From a virus, in the IMG/VR virus record IMGVR_UViG_3300028197_001049, positions 1 to 64,000 of that record: a stretch of 64,000 nt of DNA, one strand, 5' to 3'. How positions within the stretch are numbered: position 1 is the first letter of the stretch; the number at the start of each line of letters is the position of its first letter. The notes below the pieces were generated by a model. The model did no database searches and had not been told where the DNA came from. It saw nothing but the letters and a program-made list of their open reading frames with translations. The translations under genes and the position numbers were made by a program. This document shows positions 49,101-58,300 of the stretch, piece by piece.

Positions 49101-52100
49101 ATTATCATCAGTGACCATAGGCTCACCAAATCCTTTTTCTGAGTATCCACCCACACCCGTGAACGGTGTGACGATATTTGTAACATCATCAGCGTTTATC
49201 CAACTAGTTACATCAATTCCATCAAAGAATGCATACAGTTTGGTATTTGGTTCCAGACCTTTGGCAACAAATTGAACCATTCTTGATCTGATATATGAAT
49301 TATATGGTGTAGATACACTTCTACTTCCTTTGGTTATAGAAGCAGTACCATACGGAGACAATCTATTCTGCGTTCCATTTCTAGTTCTAGATCTAGTTTT
49401 TCCAGAAATAACAAGATTAGAAATATCTGCAAATTGACTGTTTATAGAATTAGTAGAATTGGTAAGACTATAGATTGGAGTTCCAGTCCAATTCATTTGC
49501 CACTCATTCCAAACACTACCCCAACAGTTAGTACCATTTTTTATATTATCTAAAATTGAATTCTCATTAAGAATCAATTCTGGATCAGTAAATGTATCTT
49601 TCCACTCATCAAGATTTGGTGTGAGTATACAAATACCACTGTACTTGGATGATTTATTTGGATTGATAGTAGCTGTAGTTGTCGCAGATGTATTTTGGAT
49701 TACTACTTTTTCAGTATATGGAAGAGTAATAAATCCTGTGCGGTTTACATATCCATCAGCAAGTCTCTGTGAATCATTTACATTTTTCTCAATCAATTTA
49801 GTTTGCGATGATGCAAAACTTGGTCTTAAAACACCAGTTTGCATATCAACCGAACATCTATAGTCGCTTGATGAACTATTACCAATACCATGACCTTCAA
49901 AATTATCTACAAGGATACCATTTTTAAATCTATCATTTCCAAACTCATCTTTAATTTGAGCATTAAATGTATCTTGCTCAAGCAAGCTAAGTACAGTATA
50001 ATATTCAAGTTTTTCAACACGTTTTTCAAGTTTTCCGATATCTCGCATTGTGTAGCGACGATTATCAAAACTCTTAGTTGTGACATCAGTAATATTATAT
50101 GTGTAAGCAGGAACATTTATATGATACAAAAGGATTGCATCAGAAATTTCTGCAGGAGTTTGTGGATTAAGCGAAGGAGTTCCCTTTGATACCACAAAAT
50201 TACCATTCTTGGAAATATATACGCTATCAATTCTATTGAGATAGAATTCATACCCAGACTCAAATGCAGTTCCTGATAATGCTATAGTTGATGCAGAAGA
50301 ACCAGTACCAGTAAACTTCAATGCATTTGTAGTAAGTTTATCGCTGTATCCAGGAAGAACTGTTGCAGTATCAGTACCATCATAGTCAGATACTCTAGGT
50401 CTGAAATCAACTGCATCTCTTAATGAGATCTTGCCAAAAGATGAAGAATCATAATCAGGAATATTTTTGTACTCAATGTTAGTGTATGAGTCAACAGTAA
50501 AATAATCACCTGTGTTAACTCCACCAACATGCTTAAAGTAATCAAATACAACTAACAATTTATTTGTAGGGAAGATTGCACCAGGCTTTAAGATAATTCT
50601 TGCAAGATCATAATGTGTATCCCTTTGCCCGCCGTCAAAGATAAACCGATCAGTAATATCAACATCAAGTTTGGTAGCAGCTGCCGCAGTTGCTGACATA
50701 TGGATAGATCTTAATTTAAGTCCATCGGCAAATCCAACAGGAATAACTGGATCGTTAAATCCAGTATTTACATTATATTCATTGTTTTCTACAAGAATTT
50801 TAGTTTTAGGGGCGGTATCAACTTTTCTTACTGGAGCAATAACTTTAAATGCAATATTCGCAAAAGATACCCCAAGATCAATATTCAGTGTTTTATTTGA
50901 TCCTGACAAAGTAGTGACACCAGTTAAATCAATCAATTGACCATTCTGGGGATTACTCATTACATAATTTGATGATGTAAATCCTAAGAACTGTTCATTA
51001 GTGCCTACAGTAACACTCACTGCACCTGCACCATCCAAATTACCAATAAATTCTGCCTGGACAGTATAATTGATGTTAGTGTTATTAGAATCTAATACTA
51101 ATGTTTTTATATGCTTATTTGGAAGAGGATAAATTAATGAATTCTTTTCTCCACCAGAAAGTTTTGATCTAACTCTAATAACTTTTTTAGCACTAAATGA
51201 TGAAAGTATTGAACCGAATACATAAATTCTAGAGGTATCCTGAGTTCCATCTAGACAAGCAAATCTTACGATATACTTTCTAGAAACTCCAGTATTATCA
51301 ACAATTCTAATAACATCACCAGATACGAGGTCTAAATCTGGTCTTGATCCTAAATTATCTGCGGTTATAAAATAATTTCCTTCAGTTGCACTAAAGGTTG
51401 ATCCTCCATCAATATAATAAGTTGATTCAGCTGATGCAATATCACCTGCAAAATCATTACCTGTAGTAGCGTTAAAGAAACTCTTGACAAAGGATGAATC
51501 ATAATTGATTGCATTGTCAATGTTCGTAATAGCAACTACTGCACAAGAATATCCATTATTTGCAACAATCTCAACTGTTGGTGGAGTAGAAAATGTACCA
51601 ATAGCTGCCCTAGCATCGGATGTAATTGTAATTGATCTGATTTCAGTACTAACTACATTGATATTACTAGCACCAATTTCAGTTAATCTATTGACGCCAT
51701 TGATGTTAATAGCTGTTACATCAGCATTATTTGTATATGCAGTTCCAAATGCAACAACCTTTAACTCTTGAAGTGTTCCTTCTTCTTCGGAGAAATTGAA
51801 AGGTGTAACATTTCCATCTTGTTCTGATTGAAGAGTTTCTCCAGGAACAAATTCTCCAGTAACTCTAGAAAGAACCAGTTCATTTGTTTGTGTTAACAGT
51901 TGCTCAACGATTCCTCTAGCACGACTTGACTGACCATCAATAAATTTACCAATAGTAAAGTTAAGAGGATTTTTACATCTAATTTTTGTAAAATACTCTA
52001 CACCAAATAATCCTAACTTAAATAATGCCGACTTGTCATATACATTATTTGATGACGAACCAGAAACAAAATTAACTGATCTTGTCTTACCAATACCTAT

Positions 52101-53654
52101 AAGGGGGGTTGAAATTTGTTCGGTTGTCTTAAGAGTACCATTGACAGCACCCATAACGATTGATTCGCCAATTTCATGGACTACGGTGCCTACTTTAGTA
52201 ATAAGTGCTACTGCTTCATTCTGACTAGCATTCAAAGCATAAGATCTCACCTCTCCCGTAATACTACCATTAGTATAGTTTGCAGGAAGTGATGGTGTAG
52301 CAGTTGAACTCAAATTTTCAATTGTAACGATAAAATAATTCTCTCCATCAGGAGCAGTACCATCTAAGTTAGCTGTAGTATCACCAAATTGAACATCAGT
52401 AAATTTATCAAAAAACTTAAGTTCCTGGAAAGAATTTGTACTCAACAACCCCATACCAGTAAGTGACTGCGACTTACTTTCTACATCAGGGAATGAAAGT
52501 AGATTCTTTACAGTATAACTAGAAGACTCTGATGGTGTGATTGAATTATTTTCCTGTTTCTCAGTATCTCTTGCTTTATCTACCGTAATGTATCTAACAC
52601 CTGTTGTCTCAATTTCATATCCTTTAACATATGCTTTTCCTGGTTCTAATACCAATAAAAATTTGGACTCCGAACCATTAGGATACACACCATTATTATC
52701 AGAGGTAGATAAACTTTCTTTAATTCCAATAAGGAATTCTTTGACAACATAATCTCCAGATTCGTCAAACGTTCTTCTAGCAAGAACGTCTTCAAGAAGA
52801 GCATTTGTATTTGCAATACCTACAGACTCAGTTGCCTCTCCAGAAGTTACCTCAAGTAATTGAACAAAATCTTTTTGATCTGGAAAATCAATAGGTCTCT
52901 GGACTAATGATAGAGACATCTTAAGTCTATGTGCTCCAGGAGCAGCAAAATTAGAATACCCCTGTGCATTGTCAAGTAAAGAAAAATCTTCTTCAGATGT
53001 AGTTAATTGCTCAGATACAATAAATCCAACTTTTAAAGTAGGACTATTGTTATATTTTTCAAGAATAATAGTTTCGTTTTTATTCTTAACTAGACTACCA
53101 TTAATAAAGTAAATTCCTTGTCTTACTGAAGCAGCACAACCATATCCTAATGCATTACTAGAAGTAGGCTTCACATTACCACTGATACCTACAATAGCTG
53201 TAGGTGATCCTGGAGTATTTGCTGTAATTGTTTCACCTTCATTAAACTTTTCATCAATAGTACTCGTCCCGCCATTTTCATATTTGACGAATAAAGTGGC
53301 AGAATCACTGGTGGTAGCAGAAGTAGCATTTACAACAGTTCCGATAACACCAGAAGTATTGCCTGTCATTTTTTTACCGATGTAATCGGTAATCTGTAAG
53401 TTATTAGTAAAAGAACTAATTTTTACATAACTATATTGCTTATCTACAATAAGTTCCCCAGGTACAACAACAGATCCCTGTTTGAAATTTGCTTTCGCAA
53501 GACTCTCAACTTGATTTTGTAAAATTGATTGCAGCGTAGTTAGTTCTCTAGACTGAATTGAAAATCCAGGTCTAAAGAGAACTTTATAGAAGTTGCTATT
53601 CGGATCAAAATCATCAAAGTATGGAGCTTTGTTTAGATTAGTACTCTGGGGCAT
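46110..53654 (-). CDS. large virion structural protein (DUF4815/VrlC-like)
   Basis: PYFDDFD...VLFRPG..IQSRELT..QSILQNQ; APGAHR; LARRTFDESGDY; RRYTMRDIGKLEKRV; DPMAQTF. Confidence 0.85.
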   Translation of the reverse strand: MPQSTNLNKAPYFDDFDPNSNFYKVLFRPGFSIQSRELTTLQSILQNQVESLAKANFKQGSVVVPGELIVDKQYSYVKISSFTNNLQITDYIGKKMTGNTSGVIGTVVNATSATTSDSATLFVKYENGGTSTIDEKFNEGETITANTPGSPTAIVGISGNVKPTSSNALGYGCAASVRQGIYFINGSLVKNKNETIILEKYNNSPTLKVGFIVSEQLTTSEEDFSLLDNAQGYSNFAAPGAHRLKMSLSLVQRPIDFPDQKDFVQLLEVTSGEATESVGIANTNALLEDVLARRTFDESGDYVVKEFLIGIKESLSTSDNNGVYPNGSESKFLLVLEPGKAYVKGYEIETTGVRYITVDKARDTEKQENNSITPSESSSYTVKNLLSFPDVESKSQSLTGMGLLSTNSFQELKFFDKFTDVQFGDTTANLDGTAPDGENYFIVTIENLSSTATPSLPANYTNGSITGEVRSYALNASQNEAVALITKVGTVVHEIGESIVMGAVNGTLKTTEQISTPLIGIGKTRSVNFVSGSSSNNVYDKSALFKLGLFGVEYFTKIRCKNPLNFTIGKFIDGQSSRARGIVEQLLTQTNELVLSRVTGEFVPGETLQSEQDGNVTPFNFSEEEGTLQELKVVAFGTAYTNNADVTAININGVNRLTEIGASNINVVSTEIRSITITSDARAAIGTFSTPPTVEIVANNGYSCAVVAITNIDNAINYDSSFVKSFFNATTGNDFAGDIASAESTYYIDGGSTFSATEGNYFITADNLGSRPDLDLVSGDVIRIVDNTGVSRKYIVRFACLDGTQDTSRIYVFGSILSSFSAKKVIRVRSKLSGGEKNSLIYPLPNKHIKTLVLDSNNTNINYTVQAEFIGNLDGAGAVSVTVGTNEQFLGFTSSNYVMSNPQNGQLIDLTGVTTLSGSNKTLNIDLGVSFANIAFKVIAPVRKVDTAPKTKILVENNEYNVNTGFNDPVIPVGFADGLKLRSIHMSATAAAATKLDVDITDRFIFDGGQRDTHYDLARIILKPGAIFPTNKLLVVFDYFKHVGGVNTGDYFTVDSYTNIEYKNIPDYDSSSFGKISLRDAVDFRPRVSDYDGTDTATVLPGYSDKLTTNALKFTGTGSSASTIALSGTAFESGYEFYLNRIDSVYISKNGNFVVSKGTPSLNPQTPAEISDAILLYHINVPAYTYNITDVTTKSFDNRRYTMRDIGKLEKRVEKLEYYTVLSLLEQDTFNAQIKDEFGNDRFKNGILVDNFEGHGIGNSSSSDYRCSVDMQTGVLRPSFASSQTKLIEKNVNDSQRLADGYVNRTGFITLPYTEKVVIQNTSATTTATINPNKSSKYSGICILTPNLDEWKDTFTDPELILNENSILDNIKNGTNCWGSVWNEWQMNWTGTPIYSLTNSTNSINSQFADISNLVISGKTRSRTRNGTQNRLSPYGTASITKGSRSVSTPYNSYIRSRMVQFVAKGLEPNTKLYAFFDGIDVTSWINADDVTNIVTPFTGVGGYSEKGFGEPMVTDDNGNISGIFLIPNGFAPLKNKKTLDFSTNISTFYDTSSVKKSFVVGSKSFRLTSSSTNSGNSENVITFAESPYTVSGIPETTSPTISSTRVPYIYRRSPSNSDSVQYVNSSLSGSNQSGLLDPMAQTFTVSGFEDGIFISSIDLFFSNKATPTGEDTLRPVSMYLTETNGGIPTRNVLPFSETTLSADTTLRIKMTNDVPTGLTLLQGETITGKTSGASGTIKGNLILTSASTRYNLILSNHNGINFIAGEEFNVNRSPSITATVFNIDEDSGIIEDIQVDTFGSAYTTGTTSITIIGDVGGTFGTSATASAKIYDGRIYKVDVTNKGKNYYTAPTVSISGGDSLATATAILRITDPAVRMGISISSDATSASKFLFDGPVYLQNDSTYAIVVTSSSQDYELYTSVVGESILNSVAVASSSPNVGSLFKSQNSGSWSEDDLQDLKFSANRCVFNTTSTANIELVNEDLGSVDLPDNPIFVDNIEGTSQKFGANQKVLRISHPNHGMTEGDLVILDNVIGSGAQNAIYGIPVTLINGLHNVQNVGLDEYCIQIDSTLWNAANVAMTGSGSGGGTAIRSTTNKLFQVVSPQVSTLTFPSSSVSQTIRTAYGKAVDSATTNEYSLGTVNSITANDNYYYEDSRVIASPINESLRAGSSKLNGNKSILYTVSLSTNRDNVSPVFDVERSNLITVSSRIDKPTGNEDRFGTISQTLTVSSSSNFSVSTITPDIVGTSVMTFSQATGGNFTNTVDTATRLTQASNGASGQIVNVNLSDNTLTVIDVIGEFIPSNPIAQSAVSAQLDSQTIKSGIVIGWDSGTGSLKVKLTTPNLFVVGDLIDDSGAGQSPQASRAITGVTDSKGFLFVEEDRFNGSSASKYLTKEVTLDNPATSIDCKITANVFSNDNVKVMYKIRPDGSNENFNDLVWEYFNGTGLSDKNTEVIPNNFKSLSPSVEDLESYLEYAYSSNNMKPFSSFAIKIIFIGDNPALAPRIEDLRVIASS

Positions 53655-53696
53655 ATTACTAGGCTAGAATGTTGTTTTGATCTTGTATGATATATA

Positions 53697-55268
53697 TCAG
53701 AATTCTACGACCAATTTCACATCCTCAATTTGGTCAATTGAGCGAGAAACTGTTCTTCTGTTTTCAACATAAATGATATCACCTGTATACTTCTTGACTT
53801 CTGGCGTTGAATAACCATTGGCAAAAGTCAAATTGGAAGTAGTAGAACTATATGCTGTATCTGGAGTCTCAACTGATCCAGATCCCGATCCTGTAATTGC
53901 ATTGCCGCCAGAGAAAGGAGTCAGATCTCCACCTTGATCTCCAGTAGCAATATGCTCATAGCTGCTCTGATAAATTTTAAGGATTTTAGTTCCCGAATCC
54001 CATGAAACAACCTTACCAGAAGCACCAGTAGTTGTTTGAGTAATTACTTCATCAATATTAAATGATGCTGCAGTTGCTGAAGGGAATTTAATTGCAGTCA
54101 AAGCACTATAAGTTACACCGCTCGCAGCGCCACCACCTGCTTCCAGAGGATCGCGAAGGATACCGATTCTTCTGAAGTCAGTATCAACTGGGAACTCTTG
54201 GTTCTCATCATATGCTACTCTAGAATTAATCATAACACGCTTGGTGCCAAGTTCTTTGAAGATATTAGCACCATGACCACCTGAAGGAGGAAGAACTACT
54301 TCCAATACTGAAACAGAACTAGGTGATCCAATACCAGTAATTTCAGTTGCATTTACGTTGATGTAAGCATAGGTATAACCAGAACCAGGAGTTGTGATGG
54401 TTACCTCACTAACAGTACCACTAGTAACTTTTACTGTAGCAAGTGCTTGGACTCCACCATTTTGTGACCAATCTCCACGAATAGGGACACTAGTATATCC
54501 AGTAACGTCATTATCAGTGTAACCTGCTCCACCATTTTTAATCACTACTGTGTCAATAGATCCATCAACCGCAGCATTCTTTACATCAGTTCCATTAGAA
54601 GGATCTCCAGAAGGACCAGTTCCCCAAGCAGCAGGAACAGGAATATAAGAACTAGTGAAGAATTTGATTACATCATCAGTACCGATGCTGTACAAAAACT
54701 TCCATTTATATCCATCTGCAGTATTGAAGATAGATGTCTGAGTTCCTGAAGGAGCAACTGTAGAAGCAGTTCCGTTAGGGTTAGCAGGAGAAGAACCGTT
54801 GAAGATACACTTGTAAATTTTATAATCATTTACAACATAATACTTGGCACTATAAAGATGGGGAGCATTTTCTCCTGCAGAATTCGCTTTATAGTCAGTA
54901 CTATAATTAGAACGATACATGGAGTATGTAACTCCAGATGTCCAATTATATCTTGGGATTACTAATCGTACATCTGATGAAGTGACTCTCTTAAGAGAGA
55001 TCATATCGTCAAAAGTTTCTTTTTCGTAATTGAAGCTATCAACGGGTGTAGGTGGATTGTTCTCGTCTGGCGTTGCCAGATAAGAGTTACTATGCTGACT
55101 ACCTGTTGATTGCCCAACGTAAGAGGTCGCACCAGCTACAGCTGCGGTATCCCAGTTTTGTGGTCTACCCATAAAGAAGTACATCTTGGTAGATGCCGCT
55201 TCGGAAAATGCTTCATCAAATTGTTGTGCATTATGAATTCTAAATTGTTCAGAAATTAAAGCTGGCAT
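53697..55268 (-). CDS. g8: baseplate wedge subunit gp8
   Basis: FRIHNAQQF...VIPRYNW...YKIYKCIFN...DGYKWKFLY...GDIIYVENR...QIEDVKLVVEF. Confidence 0.88.
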   Translation of the reverse strand: MPALISEQFRIHNAQQFDEAFSEAASTKMYFFMGRPQNWDTAAVAGATSYVGQSTGSQHSNSYLATPDENNPPTPVDSFNYEKETFDDMISLKRVTSSDVRLVIPRYNWTSGVTYSMYRSNYSTDYKANSAGENAPHLYSAKYYVVNDYKIYKCIFNGSSPANPNGTASTVAPSGTQTSIFNTADGYKWKFLYSIGTDDVIKFFTSSYIPVPAAWGTGPSGDPSNGTDVKNAAVDGSIDTVVIKNGGAGYTDNDVTGYTSVPIRGDWSQNGGVQALATVKVTSGTVSEVTITTPGSGYTYAYINVNATEITGIGSPSSVSVLEVVLPPSGGHGANIFKELGTKRVMINSRVAYDENQEFPVDTDFRRIGILRDPLEAGGGAASGVTYSALTAIKFPSATAASFNIDEVITQTTTGASGKVVSWDSGTKILKIYQSSYEHIATGDQGGDLTPFSGGNAITGSGSGSVETPDTAYSSTTSNLTFANGYSTPEVKKYTGDIIYVENRRTVSRSIDQIEDVKLVVEF

Positions 55269-55299
55269 TTCTATAAGTGGTTTACGGTTTTCCTTGTGT

Positions 55300-55313
55300 T
55301 ATTTATATTTATC
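55300..55313 (-). promoter_or_regulatory. tandem late promoters for g8
   Basis: Overlapping GATAAATA and TATAAATA. Confidence 0.75.
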
Positions 55314-58300
55314 ACCCTCGCCAAGCGAGTCTCAAATAATCTGTATCTGTATGTGATGTTGCTGTTGTTGATTTAGATCCTCTGACGACTGTGAAGTCTT
55401 GACCAGAGATTGATGTATATTCCACAGTTTCATCACCAAATTCCAAATATCCTGTGGGTGGGAAGTTTGATACATTGCCAGTTACTGTAATGGTAGTAAC
55501 TGTGTCATTAATAGCACCATTGAGTGTCAGACCATATGAAACATACGCTTCTGGTCCAATATTAATCATTGATGGTTCAATAGAACCCTGCGAAACTCCT
55601 CTGTGAGTAGTAAAGTCACCCACTGTAAGAGCAGGAGCATATCTATTAATCATTTCAATAGTAACACCCGTACCAAGATAAGATGCTAATGGATCATTAA
55701 GTTCTTGAGGTTCATACGAGAATTTGTTATTATCAAATGTCTGGAGATTATATGCTAGACCGGCATCAGAAGTATCTTTGAGCGTTCTTGATTCAGTTTC
55801 AACATGGATAGTATTAGAAATAATAAGTTGAGATATGATAATTGGGAGTAAGAACTCTTCCTCGCGAACAGATGCAACACCAAATCCATTGATTGCATTA
55901 TAAGAAGTGCTATCTACAATTAACTCTCGTTTTGCAAAAAGTGGTGTTTGGGGTCTAATAATTTCATACTTCTTCGCAAAAATTAACTCAGGTGCCTCAG
56001 TATATCCAGAACCAGGGTTAGTAATTACAATATTAGTAACTCTACCATTAGTAATTTCAGCATATGCTTCTGCACCTGTTCCTGGATTACCACACTCAAC
56101 TTTAAATAACACTATAGGTGCTACATCATATTCAAGACCTTGATTGGTAATATTGACTCCAGTTACTTGATAATCAAAAACTGGAGGAATACCTTGAGTT
56201 CCTTGAATACCTGCAGTGTTTTGGATACCCACTGTATTACCTCCACTAATGGGAATACCACTAACAACTGCATTTGCGACGGCATTTTTACCGCGAACAT
56301 ATGAGTTATCGGTATATACAAATGCAGTATAAAGCAGATTATCAGTATTTTCTAATGCCCTTTCATCAATTTTAATAATTTTCTTGGTGGTTTCTCCATC
56401 AATTTTGATGAGATCTCCAGGAAAGATAATATCTCCAGTGTTTGATAATTTATTAAAGTATCTACATCCCTCAGGATTATTATCACCAAGATATTCAAGT
56501 TTCTCAAAAACATTACCATTCCAGATAGAAATGGTTTTGTCAAACGTTTTCCCATAGAAGTAAAGACAATGGCAATTCTTCCCTACAGTTGGTGCCTCAG
56601 TGAATGTAATAACATTATCAACAATTGTAAATGAAGATCCTTCTAATTGAGGAATGCCATCAAGTAAAACTAAAATTTGATGATCATCAGGTGGAAGAAT
56701 AATATCATCACCAAATTTAAATTCAAATGATTTTTTACTACTATTAAATTCATGCGAGAAATTATTTAATACTTTATACTTACTAAATGTATATGCAAAG
56801 AACTGTCTTTCTGGTGAATGTACTTCAGTAAATACAATCTTATTAGGATTGACACTTCTATTAATAGTATATGATTCACCATAAATTTGCACCACACCAT
56901 CAATAAACACTAATATATTTTCATCTGCCTCGGTGATAATATTAGAACCATTAGTTTTTTTCAAATCAAATGTTTTTGATGTTCCATCAAACAAGATGTC
57001 CCTAACTTTGTATGAGTATCTTATATCATCTGAAGAATTAACAAATTTGAAGAAGATAGAGTGGAATGTAGTTCCAAATTTTGGTGCTTCAAAAAGGTTT
57101 AACGTGGAATTAGTGTAATTAAACTGCCCTTTCGTGTAGATGGAACCAGTAACATCACTAGAATCAATAATACCAGAAGTGGTTAAGAAGTCAGGAAGAA
57201 TTGTGAAATCTTTCTCATAAAGTTGATTAGCAATTGCTAATTTCATCATATCACGAGCTTTATTGAATGCTGTTATAGATTCACTTACTTCACCCGCAAG
57301 ACCATCGGGAAGTAAAGAGTTACCTTGAAGATATCTCCCAACAACTTCTCTTATGTTGGAATTGCCCCCTGTTTTCATGTCATTAATAATAGCATCAACA
57401 ACTAAACCTAAATCTCTCCTACAAACTGCCTCTCCGCTAGATGGAATCCCGACTAGTTCATTGGGGAATGGAGTGGGGAAGAGTAAAGATCCTTGAGTCA
57501 GATAGAATGTAATAGTTTCTGAAAGATTATGGATATTTGAACGAACATCCGCACATGCCGTTGGATCGTTATTTGCGATAACACTAGTTACAGCAGGAAG
57601 AACAACAGCATCCGTAGCAGCACGAACAAATGTATGTGAATAATTACCACCTGAAGTAACCACAACTTGATTCAATGCACTAGCAGTAGCACTTACAAAT
57701 GTATGAGTGTAATTACCACCAGATACAACAGCTCCAGTTGTTGCGGAAACAAATGTGTGAGTAGTTGTGTTAGTAGATGGTATAGTGGTAAGAACTTGAA
57801 TTGTAATTGTGGTTGCAGTTACCGATTCAATATTGATTGCAGTATCATAGAATGGATCAGTTAAACGAGGGTATGCGTGGTTGGTTCCATTACTATCCTC
57901 ATCACATGTGAATACAAGTGAATCTGGCAATAACTTAATGCTTGTACCAGCAGTCAAATTATGATTACCAATGGTCAATTCCATCAATCCTGTTGTAGGA
58001 TTATAATCAGCACCAGTTGGTGTAAATGATACAAGTGGAGATGCTCCAATGTTTACAGTAAGTTGATCATTGGTTGCAGAAATGACATTGAGTCGTTTAT
58101 TAGAAGCAGGATCAGTTGATCTTGGATATGTTTTGTTGGATGTATTTCCATCCATTAAACAACTGAATGTAAGACTCCCATCTCCAATGATAATACCATC
58201 TCCTGCGGTAAATCCATGATTAGCTGATGTAATACCTAAAATTCCAGTGGCAGCATCATAGGTCGCATCAGTTACTGTGTAAAGTCTTGGGACATATGTA

